Shown here: positions 50,402-64,000 of the stretch, piece after piece
How positions within the stretch are numbered: the stretch's first letter is position 1
Layout of the letters: each line of letters begins with the position of its first letter
Assembly: GCF_018977255.1 (NCBI RefSeq)
Contig: NW_024704742.1
Span: forward strand, 24,678,001-24,742,000
DNA length: 64,000 nt
Origin: Callorhinchus milii
Lineage: Eukaryota
Direction of reading: 5' to 3'
Translations under genes and position numbers: made by a program
The notes under the pieces: model-generated
Database searches by the model: none
What the model was told of the DNA's origin: nothing
What the model saw: only the letters and a program-made list of their open reading frames with translations

Positions 50402-51419
50402 AAAGAATTATGAACAAATGCTGGAGGTTTTAAACACAATTATCTCAATGGAGTCTAATTTGTTTTATTTATTGAAATGTTGTTTATTACAAATATGTAA
50501 TGATTGTATTTCTAAAATACATTTTGTGCTTTAGAAATGTTGTAATCACACATTTCTTATTAAGAAATCTCTTGACAAATACGCCAAATTACATTCCAAT
50601 ATAGACTTTTATGTACCAAGGTTTTTTTTTGTGTATTCTTTGTGACTCAACAGTAGCATTTTTGTTTGTCTGTAGCCTTCAGCTACAGAGGAAATAGTTT
50701 TGAAACAATGTTCCTGTTGTATATCATCGAATATCCATGAGATATTGCATGAAGAATCAAAGACATTTTGGATCAGCTGAAAGAACTCACTAGTAGTCTC
50801 TGGTTTATGTCAATCCTACCCATCATGTCTGAGAATGTCGAGAATTCCTTGAGCTCCATAAAGTTTTAGACAGGGTCAGCTTTAAATGTCTCCAGTAAAC
50901 AGCACTTGGTAAACAACACGCTACTAAACCATGTGTGTTTATTTAACACTATTACAAATATCCTTTTCAATGGAGTACATAATGGCATTGCTCATCAACT
51001 GACGTCTTTATCGATTACCCTCGTGTTTATTGGGAAGTGACAGGCTATTTTTTTGTCAAACAGTTAAATCTCACCAATGTGAATTCTCTCCCGTGTCACA
51101 TTATTGAGTTTCCTGACTCACCCCCCACTCGACTAGATCTTTGTTTCTTCATTCTTGGATCTGAAACTGCTTTCTGTCAGATCCAGGCCAAGTAAAAATA
51201 GTAAAATTGTTTGAAACATTTCTTTTGGTTTTGTTCCATCTGGAATGAGATTCAAACAATGATTGAAAGAAGATTTTATATCTTAAACTGTAAACTTTGT
51301 CATTTTACAGTAAGTGTTTTGACAATGAACACTGGCTCTTTAGAAAGAAAATATCTGAGGTATAGTCAACAAGCATTTTCAATGGGTAAGTTGTACATCG
51401 ATAACAGCAAAACAATTTA

Positions 51420-51690
51420 CGTTTATAATAGGGTCTTTCACATAGGGAGGTGTATCAAATTGCTTTGCACAACTAACTGAGCTCCCAAGCTTTGGGAGGT
51501 TGGGGGGAGGAGAGTGAGAAGAGGAAACAGTAACGAAAAGCACAATCAAGAAAATAGATCTTAATATGGGCTTTAAAGGTGGGAAGGGAGGGTATGAGGT
51601 AGAGGGACTCCAGGATGGAATTCCAGAGAGTCGAGACAGATGAGCTGAAAGCTTGCCCACTGATAGTAGAGAGATTGGGTGGGGGAACCA
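51420..51690 (-). mobile_element. Old L2 3' fragment
   Basis: Encodes ISGQAFSSSVSTLWNS...FKAHIK.YF. Confidence 0.7.
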
Positions 51691-51989
51691 ATAAAGCTAT
51701 ATTTGTACTTCAATTGTGATAACTAACACATCTGTTAAACTGATCTGAACAGAGCTGCTCCTTGCACCAGTTCCAAATCACAGCTACTTCACAATGAAGC
51801 CATTCTGTATGATCTCAGCAGGTTGTATGTTAGTGTGGTAGGAGGAAAGGGTCATGTAGTTAATTACAGGGGGAAAAAAATCTGTCCAAATTGCTATATT
51901 ATCCTAAATCCATTAATTGTAAGTCAAATGTCTGTTAATTTATCAAACAATAAATAAGACAACAAAACATTGCATTTATATGCAATGTA

Positions 51990-52311
51990 AGTCCTGTAGC
52001 TCAGTGGTTAGAGCACTCGCTTTGCAAGTGAGAGACCTGAGTTCAATTCCAGGCAGGGCGAGACCTTGGGCAAGTTTCCTTACTCCACACAGAGCCTAAT
52101 AATAATCCCTCCAAAACCAAAAACAATAATAAATTGGTCATTTTCAATCCACGACTGTTTGTGGGACATTGCTGTGCGCAATTAGCTGCCACGTTCGCCC
52201 ACAAATATACAGTCAATTCACTTTACAGTATATTCTGTGAAGCGCTTTGGGACGTCCTCCCGACGTGAAAAGCGCTATATCAAATGCAAGGATTATTATT
52301 ATTATTATTAT
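51990..52311 (+). mobile_element. Young SINE
   Basis: Family match; first few nt missing. Confidence 0.92.
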
Positions 52312-52685
52312 ATGGCGCGTTTCACACAGAACAAGCAGTCCTGATTGTTCCAGATGGTATGGTGCCACTTTGCCCATGAAATTGCCCACAGCATGAATTA
52401 CCAACCATGAATTGTACAACACAGAGATCAGAGATCTCCCCATAGGAGAGAGAATGAGAGAAGGAATTATTCCACAGTTCTCTTATGCACCATCATTATA
52501 GTGTGGTGGACTGGATGGCCAGATAACTTAGTTAACCGCATGGTTGGCCTAGAGCACCTCAGAGAAGGAGTGAAAATAATAATTAAAAAAATTTAATCTG
52601 AAATTTAAAATCTGAAATAAAATTTAATTGAAAATTTATATTTGAAAACGAAACATTTTTAAGTAGAAAGTGACTGCATTTACAT

Positions 52686-52898
52686 AGTCCTGTATCTTAG
52701 TGGTTAGAGAACTCGCTCTGTAAGCAAGAGGACCTGGGTTCGACTCCCGGGCAGGGCTCTACATGCTTCTGTTTACCGAGCAGTAAGTAGGAACTTGGTT
52801 GGTAGTCGATTGGCAGATTGCTTTTCCGGGGGTATTAATCCCATCAAAAGATGAATTAAAAAAATGTATTTGGTCACTTAATCCACAACTGTTTGTGT
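52686..52898 (+). mobile_element. Older long-form SINE, 3'-truncated
   Basis: tRNA head followed by the ctgtttaccgagcagtaagtaggaac block. Confidence 0.82.
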
Positions 52899-55800
52899 TA
52901 ACACCAAAGTCTCCCTGGTAGTTTGCCATATGCTATCTGAATTTTTATTGCCGATTAGCTTATTCCTATTTGAGATGAATGGCAACACCAGATCCTGGCT
53001 GCAGTTTTGGGGTGACAAACTGTGATGATGATGAGCTCTCATTCCAAACAATTCAGAACTTGCAGCACGAGCTCCTGCACATTTTGTATAGCTTTCACTC
53101 ATGTTCAAGTAGCTACTATTAACAACCTCATTAAACTGTTTTACATCTGTTCACTGAAACTTCAGATGTCTACTGTGTGTAATATGCAACAATGTCACTT
53201 AGCCTAAAACATTTCCAAGATCTTAACATGTATAGAAACATAAGAACAGGAATAGGTTATTCGACCCAATTATGCCTGTTCCCTAATTGGATAATGGCAG
53301 ATTTTTTTAAGCCCATTTCTCCAACTTTTCTCCATATCAACGAATACCCTTACTTTCTAAGTATACAACTCTTTTAATGCATCTAATATTGCACAATGTT
53401 CACTGCCCTAAACAATGATTACAAAATAGATCTTCAAGTCTTGCATTCTATTCTGAGTTTAACCCACAGTCTTGATCAATATTCCTCCTGTATCCAAATT
53501 CGCTAACAGCAAGGTGAATTGTTGTTTGTGGCATATTGCTGGTCTAGATTATATGAAAAGGATTCTACACTTCAAAGTAACTCATTATGTGAAGTGTTTT
53601 GAGATGTTTAGCATGATGGGTAAAGATAAATATCATAATAATACATAAAGCACAAGGAGGTGAGGTGGAGGGACTCCAAGATGGAGTTCTAGAGAATGAG
53701 AGCAGACTCGCTGAAATCTCACCCACCGATGGCGGCACAGGTCAGGCGGAGACCATGAAGCAGGCCAGTGTTCGCCAAATGGAGGGAACTGCCAGGGCAG
53801 TAGGTTTGCAGCCAACAAAAGCCAAGTGTTGTGCGTGGAGTTCCTCGTACCGTCAATGATTGTGTGTTTATGTGGGAGACTTCGTTTAACTGCACAACAT
53901 CATTTATTGAATTCCTTAATGAATTCCTGAGGATTTACATAGGAAAATCAGAAACCTCCTCATGGCAGAGGAGAAAGTGTCCACCACTAATGAAAACGTT
54001 TGATTGAATAGATCTTCAAGTCTTGCATTCTATTCTGAGTTTAATCATTGAATCATTCATATCATTGAAGATTGACTATTCACATCAGTGGTGTGATGAC
54101 TTTCCTTGGCATCTGCACCAAACTAAAGTTAGCTTTGTTAATAGTTTCCACTATGTCATGCAGTGGTTATTTTTTGCAACAGATGCTGTTTTAGAGTTTT
54201 GTGTTTGCAGCTTCATTTGTATCCATTAGGAGTACAATCCATTCCATCAACGAGGTTAACCCATAGACTTGAAAACAAGAGTTCATGCAGTATCCAAAAC
54301 ACAACCATTAAACACTGTTTCAATCAGAAACTAGTCATCCAGCAAGGGAACAATCAACTTCAAACAGTGAAACAATCCGCTTTCTTTAGTATTCAATAAA
54401 TGGGTAATATATAATTTCAATATTTATTCAGATATGTCATTATTGTGATTGAATTGTTCTGATATGTTTGATAGTCACAATGCAAAAGAGCTTCTAACAG
54501 GCTATCTGAAATAAGTAAATGTATAAATATTATACACAGTATGTTTATTTAAGGAAAACTGTGCTGAGTTGTTTAAGGAAACAAGGTTGTGTTAAAAGGA
54601 ATGTACGGTGTTTTACCTAATGCAGGGTTTGCTTGTCTGCATTTTCAATGTAAAGTCATTTCTCAAAAAGCTCAATTATATGACCGCTCGGCCTGTTAAC
54701 ATTTAATAATTCTGAATGTCACGACCCCAGTCCCAGCAATCATTAGTCTGGAACAAATAAGAAAGACCATTTCATCAGTGCAGTGCTTGACATCTACTTA
54801 AGGTTAAAAAAATATACTTTACTACTTTATTTATACTTAAAACCATTCACTATCAAAAGCATTCACAGATATTTGACAAACTTTTTTGGAAAACAAAATC
54901 CACCTGAAACTCAAGTGCAACATTATCTGAAGTGTGTGCAGTTGGCTGCCACGTTCCGTCCACAAAATGCGCAATCAATCCACCTTACAGTATATTCTGT
55001 GAAGCACTTTGAGACGTTTCAACGACACGATAAAGAGCTATATCAAATGCTAGAATTATAATTATTATTAAGTGCTAATTTGCAATTTTAAAACACCACA
55101 TGAAGCTTTTGGCTGTGGGACAAAATTTCACTGGACTCTGCTCCCGTCTGGACACTGGGCTCTGAGAGCAACTGAAATGCATTGCACTGAAAACACAGAC
55201 TTCAAATAGCATTCTGACAACTATCTTTATTGGATTAAAAACACATGCTGTATCCAGTTTTGAAGCATTTAATATTTCCTACATTAAAATCAAAGGTCAA
55301 CCTGATTTCTTTTCTTAGAAAAGGGGAGATACTTTATTAAATGTGGATGAAAATATTGCATGTCATGACAGTAAATGACAGTTCCAAGTGGGAGAATTGA
55401 AGTACAAGGAAGTGTTGTGGAGGAGGTGGCTGCACACCATGAATAGCATCTGTGAAGAAAGGTAAGGCCGGGAAGAGTGTTAGTGAGGAAAGCACTCTTT
55501 CATGTTAAGGTACGTTCAACTTTAAAACAACAACCACAGCCCACAAATTGCATTTGTATAATGCCTTTCATATCGGGAGGATGCCCCAAGGCGCTGGACA
55601 GTGAAGGGTTTGCTCCCGAGCTAGGGATTGGCGTGAGATGAAAGTGGGAGTATGACCGAAGGCACGATCAAAGTGGAAGGTCTTGTGATGGGCCTTGAAG
55701 GAGGCAAGGTAGAGGGGCTCCAGAAATTTTTATGATTAAGTGCGAATACGTTACAGGATGCGTTTCTCCAAAATAAATAAAAGGATAAATACAAATTCCT

Positions 55801-56319
55801 CTTAATAAGGCCAGTTGTAACAGGCTGTAACTAATCTTCACGGTAGACCTAATGAAAACCTGCTGTCTGGACAAAAGGAGTGTGCGAAGGATTTATGAAT
55901 CATGTTCTGTCCCTCAGCCAGTATGTATTTTTTTCCTCTGTTATTTTTTTGGTTAAACATTTATTTTTCTTTGGTCCAGAGAGCCGCAGATTCTTGTCAA
56001 CAGATTGGTTCTTGAGCAGGCAGCGATCCATCAAGATTGACAGCTCCCTGGTAAGAGGATGTCTGAGGGCAAACTAACTAGTGGTATAATAAATTAGTCC
56101 CAGGGAGCTGCAAAAATAACATATTAACAATAAAAGTTGTTATAGACTTTTCAATGATTTGGTAATTCAAACTGCCCAACTTCAATTACCCATTTTGGGG
56201 TGTTGGAACAGAAAAGTAATAAATTCAGAGAGTACTTATAACTTACTTATTCCCCCTCGCTCACTGTCCACAACCCAGCCCATGATTGGGGCTGCACCTC
56301 GACCCGCTCCTACTTGCTG

Positions 56320-57030
56320 CCTGTTGTGCGCCTACGGTCACCTTTCCCCTCCCCTGGCTTGGCCTTGGGCTCCGCCATTGTTAAGCGCTCTGAGACGCTG
56401 CCCAGCGTGGAGGGCGCTATATAAATGCAAGTTGTTGTTGTCCCAGACCAGCTACCTTGCCTGCCCACCTCTCTCACATTTCTGCAAAACTCATCTATCT
56501 TGTTTCCCAGGAGTGAACCACTCTTCATTCATTCCCTTGGTTATCTTTCCTGACTCTCCCTCCTCTTCCTCCCTTGGAAAATCTCCCATTGTCTGTCCCC
56601 TACACATCGACCTCAAAAGTGCTAAAACACACCGTCCCCTCCCAGGTTCGTTCCTTCCTCTCCCACCTCTTCCCCTATGAGTGTCTAAACTGGCTTCAGC
56701 ACCACTCACAGTACTGAGACATCCCTTGTTAAAATCACGAACAACATTCTCTCTGCTTGCGACCGCCTCCCCTCCTGGGTACATCTCAGTGGTTCTGCAC
56801 GTTTCACTCTTACCTGCCCCAGCATTATAATATGTCCATTATAACAGTTTCTCCTCCTGAACTACATCATAGTGAGAGGCGCTCCTCAGGATTTTATTCT
56901 TAGCCCTGTTTTTTTCTTCAAATCATGTCCCCATACCCACGTTCTTATCTGCACTTGGCACATCACCCCATCCTCACTAGGCTCCTCTTTATCCCTGTCT
57001 TCCAGCTGATTGACTGGCTCCGTGAAAGGG
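56320..57030 (+). mobile_element. L2 tail (to 56440) followed by a decayed L2 RT fragment
   Basis: gggcgctatataaatgcaag(ttg)n tail, then ggcttcagcaccactcacagtactgagac (GF...HSTET motif). Confidence 0.7.
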
Positions 57031-58860
57031 CTCTGGATTGTCATGTAAAATGGGGGTCCCGATTCACGGGGAGCACCAAAAAGCATAAAATAAATATATT
57101 TTGTTCCACTTAAAGCGTGAATTAAGAACAAAATCTTATTAGTTTCATTAACCCTCATTCACTAATGGCCTGCTAAGGACGAAAGTTGCGCTCAGCACAT
57201 GTGGACAATGTTGAGTGTTTCATTGACATGTTCCTCGTGAAAGCACAATTTCTATTTTAAACTGATGCAGTCTACTTTTTTGCCTCAAACAAATACAGAC
57301 AGGCAGACAGACTTCCCAAAAATGATTCGAACACTGAAAAATGTGTGCTGGATTGGAGTGGACCAAGACTAGTCTGCCTTAGAATGTTCCAAATTTAGTT
57401 GTGAAGGTTACAAACTCACAAACTTCTAAGTAAATGATTTACTAGGAAGATGCCTTTGCGACCTTGGCTCTGATGACATGTTTCATTCCTGACCTTGCAT
57501 TCCAGCAGAACGCTTTATTCTTTGAATTCAAGTCAAACCTGAGACACTCTTTGAAATTCTTTTCCCCAAATTATGGCTAATACCTTGCATTTTTGTATTT
57601 TCAGTCTTTTTTTAAAAAAATTGAGGAACCATTCACAGGGGGCACTAGGAAAATTTCCCATATCCCATATACCCAGTTTGCCCCTGCTCTACCCTCCAAA
57701 TCCTTACTTATCCCCACCCTACCTCTGTGACCTTCTCCAGCCTCACTCCTTGCTCTTCCTCTACACTTGACAAACTATGGCCTTGTGCCCTCTGCCCACA
57801 GTGTCTGAGCCTAAATCTGGATTGGGATGTTGCAAGACTAGACTGCTTAAATCAGTGTCTGAGCCTAATTATATCTTTCCCCAAATACCTCTGCCTTGCT
57901 CTCTCTATCTGTCTTTCAAATCTTCTTGAAAACTTCTCTTCAACCAAGCCTACAATTATTTTCATTCTCCTCACCATCCACTCTCGATGTCTCGCATCTT
58001 CTCTGCAAAGTACTTTGAGACATTATCCTAAAATTAGGTGAAAGGTGCTATATAAATGCAAGTTGCCATGTGCTTTTTAGAGGCTGTGTAAAATTTGGAT
58101 CACAGAAGGTTAAGGAAGAGTTATAAGGAAGGATGATAAAAAACAGGGATGAGTCTCATTTGAGAAATAGCTTGATGTTATAATGGGAAGAAGATAGGAT
58201 TGGTTTTCTGTAAAGACAAAATCAAATCGGGCACAAGGCCCTTTTCATTCAAACCCCATGGAACTTTTCTTGTGATCATGTGCAACAGCTTTAAAGTCAC
58301 AATCGACATGTACCTAACCTCCCAAGTTTCTTGTCCTGGTATGATTTAAGCTCTCCCAACATGAATGTTATGCCTGCTTATCTGAAAGCTTGACATTTTC
58401 ATGACACTGGGAACACACACATCGAAGCCATTCAAATCACCGGGGGAAACTAAAAACAGAAACTGTAAAAGTGTAATGTCCCTTCTCTGTGCCAGGCAAG
58501 GCTGTGTTGTAAAACAAGATATATAGAGTGCATTAAAACTTCACCAGCAAATGTAATGCATATCGGATGTACGTGTGTTCTTATTTCAATTTTCAAATGT
58601 AGTTATGCAAATTGTCAGTCAAACTGGTTCATGGATAATGCATTAACCAAGGGGACTCGAAGTTGTTTTCTCTACTCCAAAAAACTATTGTTGTTTGCTA
58701 CTATTACAATTGTACACACTAGAGATGATTTTAAGACACTGTACAATACATTCAGCTCTTATTAATGCAGACCATTTCAGTATATAATGGAAGGCGCTTT
58801 AGCCAGACACTGGTTAACCCCGGCTAATGCCAAAACACCCGGCCCCGATCCATTTGTATT

Positions 58861-59240
58861 CTTACCTGTTTTATATATGCCAGTTAATCCACACAAAATG
58901 GCGCACTGAATGTACTCGCTCGGGCCTTCTGTGTGTCGAGTGGCTGCATTCAGCTACAAGAGTCTCCCCAGATGGAGATGGGAGGAGTTTAAGATTGATT
59001 GGCAGTGGAGTCCAGCCATTCAGAAGTGGCTGGAGTTGGGCTATCAATCAGTGAGGAGGCGGAGAGATGGGGCAGAAGAAAGGAGGAAATAGGAGGAGTC
59101 AAATCATGATTGATTGACAGCTAGAGGTACTTCTGAATGGGTGGAATGGCCATCAATTCATAAGTGGCTGCTAAGTCGTTCTGTTAATTGGTCCCCTTCC
59201 TGTCCAACGAGAACGGCAATGGGAGGGAGGGGCGGGAAGA
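58861..59240 (-). promoter_or_regulatory. Promoter-like motif cluster with a minus-strand splice donor
   Basis: GC box 59229-59236, TGATTGACAG 59111-59120, CCAAT boxes 58998-59002 and 59187-59191, YY1 CAAAATGGCG 58894-58903, CAG|GTAAGA donor at 58866/58865, locally raised CpG. Confidence 0.5.
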
Positions 59241-59390
59241 GAATTTATCTTCAGTCATTCTAATTCCTCAAATTGCAAAAATGTCACTGGGCAATGGACT
59301 TATAATTTGTTATTTGGATGCTTATGGGAATGGAAATCTTATAGTTGTATTAAAGGAGTGTTATCTTGGCCTTTTCTTGAGCACTTGTTA

Positions 59391-60697
59391 TCATAGAATC
59401 ATAGAAACAGCACAAAAGGAGACCATTTGGCCCATCGTGTATGTGCCAGCTTTTTGAAAAGAGCTATCCAATTCAATCCCACTCCCCCGCTCTCTCCCCA
59501 TAGCCCAAACTTGTCCTCCCCAAGTAATTATCCACTTCTCTCTTAAAAGCTGTTATCGAATCGACTTCCACCACCCTTTCAGGCAATGCAATCCAGATCT
59601 GAACAAGTTGCTGTGTGAAAAAATTTCTCCTCAACTCCCCCTGTTTCTTTTAACAACTATTTTAAATTGGTGCCCTTAGGTTATTGACCCACCCGCCAGT
59701 GGAAATAGTTTCTCCTTGTCCACCCTATCGAATCCCCTCATAATTTTGAAAACTTCTGGTAAGTCTCCTCTTAACCTTCTCTGTTCCAAGGAGAATAATC
59801 CTAGCTTCTCTCGCCTCTCCTCATAACTGAAGCCCTCATTTATGGTACCATCCTGGTAAATCTTCTTTGCACTCTCTCCATTGTCTTGACATCTTTCCTA
59901 AAGTGTGGTGCCCAGAACTGAACACAGTGCTCTAGCTGAGTCCTTACCAGTGTTTTATAAAGGTTCATCATAACTTCCTGACCTTTGTATTCTATGCCCC
60001 TATTTATAAAGCCTTGTATCCCGTTTGCTTTTTTAACAGCTTTATCTACCTGTCCTGCCACCTTCAAAGATTTACTTATATGAACCCCCAGGTCTCTCTG
60101 TTCCTTCACCCCCTTTAAGATTGTACCACCAGTTTATATTGCCCCTCCTCATTCTTCCTCTCAAAATGCATCAGTTTGCATTTCTCCACATTAAACTTCA
60201 TCTGCCACATGTCTGCCCATTTTACCAATTTGCCTATGTCCATTTGCAGTCTGCTAATATCCTCCTCACTGTTTATTACTTTTCCTAGCTTAATATCACC
60301 TGCAAACTTGGAAATTGTACTCCCTATACCCAAGTCCAGGTCATTTATATAGATCAAAAACAATAGTGGTCCCAATACTGATCCCTGGGGGACACCACTG
60401 CACACTTCCCTCCAGTCAGAAAAACAACCGTTCACCACTACTCTCTGCTTTCTGTCTCCTCCACTTCTGTGTCCATGCTACCACTGTCCCTTTAATAATA
60501 ATAGTGGGCTTCTATTTTGCTTACAAGACTCTTATGTGGCACTTTATCAAACGCCTTTTGAAAATCCATATAAAGTACATTAACTGCACAACCTTCATCC
60601 ACCCTCCCTGTTACTTCATCAAAAAACTCAATATGGTTTGTTAGACATGATTTGCCTTTAACAAATCCATGTTGGCTGTCCTTTATTAACCCATGAT
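59391..60697 (-). mobile_element. CR1 LINE, 3' 1.3 kb (RT to terminal repeat), frameshifted
   Basis: Consecutive ORFs SQHGFVKGKSCLTN / SGVPQGSVLGPLLFLIYINDL / LYKTLVR..LE.CVQFWAP; ends (attctatg)n. Confidence 0.94.
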
Positions 60698-60707
60698 GAA
60701 TGCACAA

Positions 60708-61032
60708 AAATAATAATAATAATCCTTGCATTTGATATAGCGCTTTTCATGTCTGGAAGACGTCCCAAAGCGCTTCAAAGAACACACCGTAAAGTGAATT
60801 GACTGTATATTTGTGGGCGAACGTGGCAGCCAATTGCACACAGCAATGTCCCACAAACAGTCGTAGATTGAAAAATGACCAATTTATTATTGTTTTTTGG
60901 TTTTTGGAGGGATTATTATTAGGCTCTGTGTGGAGTAAGGAAACTTGCCCAAGGTTTCGCCCTCTGCCTGGAATTGAACTCAGGTCTCTCACTTGCAAAG
61001 CGAGTGCTCTAACCACTGAGCTACAGGACTCC
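60708..61032 (-). mobile_element. Young SINE
   Basis: Full family match. Confidence 0.93.
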
Positions 61033-61473
61033 ACAGTCCAGTTATGGGCTTGGCATACATTACTGTTCGCATCACTGTTTGCACTAACATTTAAATGTCT
61101 TCGAGTCCTCTAATGCAGATTGATTGGTGACATGTATATTGTCTAATTTAGTTCATAGCAGGGCTGCTGGTGTAAACAGGCCCATTCTTGGGGATGGTTT
61201 CAGTCATCACCCCGGCTGTTGGCAGCTAATCCCATACCACTGTATGTGCAGGTAGTGACGTACCAGACTGGACCACGCTTGTGGTCATTAACTATAGGCC
61301 ACGTCATGTTGTCAGAACACAAACATGCAAACAGTTGCCGCTGCTTTCATCTTCCCAACACATCAAAAGCCTGGGATAAGGTCACATTGACTTAATGTTT
61401 AATTCTGCACCATCTTAAGTTTTAAGAACAAAATTAAAGCTTTCAAACGCTTGTATTTCATATGGCACCTTTC

Positions 61474-61862
61474 AACAACAACAACTTGCATTTCGATAGA
61501 GCCCTCAAGCAGGGTAGCGTCCCAGAGCGCTTGACAGTAGCGGAGCACGACACGAGCTGGTGGGTGGTGGATGGGAGGTGACCGTAAGCAAAACCTGAAA
61601 ATGGAGAAGGTGGCAGTATAAAGGAAGAGTGTTTCAGAGTTTCGGGGCGCAGTGGCTGAAAGTGCGGCCACCGATGGTGGGATGGAGGGCACGAGGGACA
61701 TGCAGGAGGCCAGATCCAGTCGAGCGGAGGCAGTAGATAGAGGGTTGGGGAGTAAGCAGGTCGGAGAGGTAAGCAGGTGGCAGGGCATCAAGCGATTTGA
61801 AAACAAATGTGAGGATCTTGAAATCCATCCGTTCGGTGACAGGGAACCAGTGGAGCCTTTCA
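61474..61862 (-). mobile_element. L2 3' end
   Basis: Encodes LHWFPV..R.DFKIL..VFK.L..L.P.YLSDLL...LRS...LL.VPR; (ttg)n tail. Confidence 0.88.
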
Positions 61863-62004
61863 AGTCGGGAGGATGTCTCAAAGAGCTTCACAGAATGTAT
61901 GGTGAACTACAGTGATCATGTATTTTGTAGGCAAACATGGCAGTGAATTTTACATGCAGCAAAGTCTCACAAATGGACATGAAATGAATGTCCAATTTTA
62001 TCTT

Positions 62005-62320
62005 ATAATAATAATAATCCTTGCATTTGATATAGAGATTTCACGTCTTCTAGATGTCACAAAGCGCTTCACAGAATGTACTGTAAAGTGAATTGACTGT
62101 ATATTTGTGGAAGAAACGCGGCAGCGAATTGCGCACAGCAGTGTCCCACAAACAGTCGTGGATTGAAGTGACTAATTTTATTATTGTTCTTTATTTTCTT
62201 GAGGGATTATTATCAGGAGTGTGGAGTAAGGAAACTTGCCCGAGGTTTCACCCTGCTGGGAATTGAACCCAGGTCTCTTGCTTGCGAGGCAAGCGCTCTA
62301 AACACTGAGCTACAGGACTC
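62005..62320 (-). mobile_element. SINE, same family, slightly more diverged
   Basis: Head and tail both present. Confidence 0.9.
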
Positions 62321-64000
62321 TACACTTTATTAAGTGTAGTGATCGTGTATAGTGTAGGCAAATGCACAACAGTGAAGGTAACAAATGATTGAGAAAGTAA
62401 CTTTCAGACCTTTTCGATTTTCCACAAGGGGTTTGGCTCCTCTTCACATTGTGGCTGAAAGTATACATTATGTCACTGAATAGTTCTGGATTTGTCCCCG
62501 TGCACCACAGCACAACTTCTCAGGATCGTTTCGTGCTACAAGCAAATATCAGAGTCAATTTAAGGGACCACTTATCCACATTGTCTTTGCCTCCAGCGGC
62601 ACAGTGTTGTTATGCCAACTTATATGTAACAACAATAAAAATAAATCTATTTTCGCCGTAAATACATTTCCATTGTAATCAAGGTTTCAGACCTGACATT
62701 GCCAGTACAATATGTAGGTTATCCCTGCCTCCTGCTGTAGCTTGAAGAATAAAGTTAAAGATTTCAGTAACATTTTGTCACAGATGTTTAGTTTACTGCA
62801 ACCTTCATAAATAGAATATTTTATAGTGGCCAACAATGTGGTTTGATAAGTGGTTTTGTTCATGGAGTGACCAAGTTCCGAGTGAGTTACGCAAGTCTCC
62901 AACATGATTGAATGATCATGGCATTCAATAACTCCAACCCTTGTGTGCTGCACTTTGGTTGTACAATGCATACATACGTACGACTTTTGTGAGGTACAGT
63001 TAAAAATTAAATGGAAATCTCTGGGTTATTGATGGAGTTTTGGAACACCATGGTGATCTTTTGTTGTGAGGTGTGGTATAGTATGTGGTAGCTTCATCAC
63101 TCACAGCTTGCCTGGCTGGTTTTGAATGTAAAGCGGTTTATCATAAATTGTACAAGGAGACATTGTCCGTAAAAATAAAACATGAGCGAGCCAGAACACC
63201 ACACGATACATGGTTGATAGCCCCCTTATGTGGTTACAGAATTTATTCCACATGCGTGAAAATAAACTGTAAAGGAGGCTTTCAATGGACGCACAATAAA
63301 GGTACTTAAAAACTTCTAAATAGAATCAAACTCCCCCTTTGGTGCACACCATCTCATAGTTTCTTCTTCAATGATAAGGAGATGATATTACATGTACAGT
63401 GATAGTAATGACTGCTCTGAAGCATTGTGCCACATTGTCATGCCCCACTTAAAACCCGAACTCAACTAATGATATATTACGTTGTCTTTCAGCTTCAATT
63501 ATTGCTCAAAAGAGTCATAACCATTTTTTGTGTGATTGGAATAGTGGCCACTAAGCTTTCTACTGTTATGATTATTGGCATTTGATACAGCTACAGCACC
63601 TATAACAGTGAAACATCTCAAAGTGTTTCACAGATAATTGCTGTCAAGTGTAGTGCTAGTGTATTTAAAGGAAAGCACTAAAGCAAAATGGTGCACAGCA
63701 GGTCACATCACACTCGTAAACGAGAAGAGTTTCTCCCGGTGTCTTGGCCAACAGGCCCCCAAATAAAATTGGTCATGGCTGATCATAGGACATTGCTGTG
63801 TGCAGTTACCTACAAAATACACATCCCCTGCACTTTACAGTACATCCTGTGAAGGATTTTGGGCCATCCTCCCAACATTATTATTATTATAATGAAAGGA
63901 ATTATTATTATAATTAAAGGAAGACTCCTCCCAAGCTTTGCGACCATAACCGCCCCCTCCTCCCCCCCCCCACCCTACCTCCACCCCAACTCCAACATAC

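Noticed and set aside
59391..60697. Active reverse transcriptase gene or novel RT system
   Set aside because: 5'-truncated, frameshifted CR1 copy; an ordinary retrotransposon relic.

Overview
Vertebrate genomic DNA, not prokaryotic. The repeat complement (tRNA-head Deu-type SINEs, L2 and CR1 LINEs) points to a cartilaginous fish, probably a chimaera/elephant shark; this is inference. The only protein-coding gene I can support is a complete three-exon SFRP2 (secreted frizzled-related protein 2, a Wnt modulator) on the minus strand: CDS 20526-19998, 17776-17696 and 15721-15417, 915 nt, 304 aa, canonical GT-AG phase-1 introns. The rest is repeat-rich intergenic DNA: about ten near-full young SINEs, older SINE subfamilies, many L2 and CR1 fragments, micro- and minisatellites, and a 25-N gap. 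I found no evidence for a novel multi-gene system. The best leads are: a promoter-like motif cluster with a minus-strand splice donor about 38 kb upstream of SFRP2; an unclassified ~610-bp non-coding repeat family; a SINE lineage that appears to have lost a ~65-nt central (Meta-like) domain; a CR1 split by an apparent 2-kb inversion; a 15-nt coding repeat in the SFRP2 signal peptide; Helitron-like 5' ends; and decayed hammerhead-like motifs. Repeat boundaries are approximate, and family assignments come from recalled consensus features rather than database searches.
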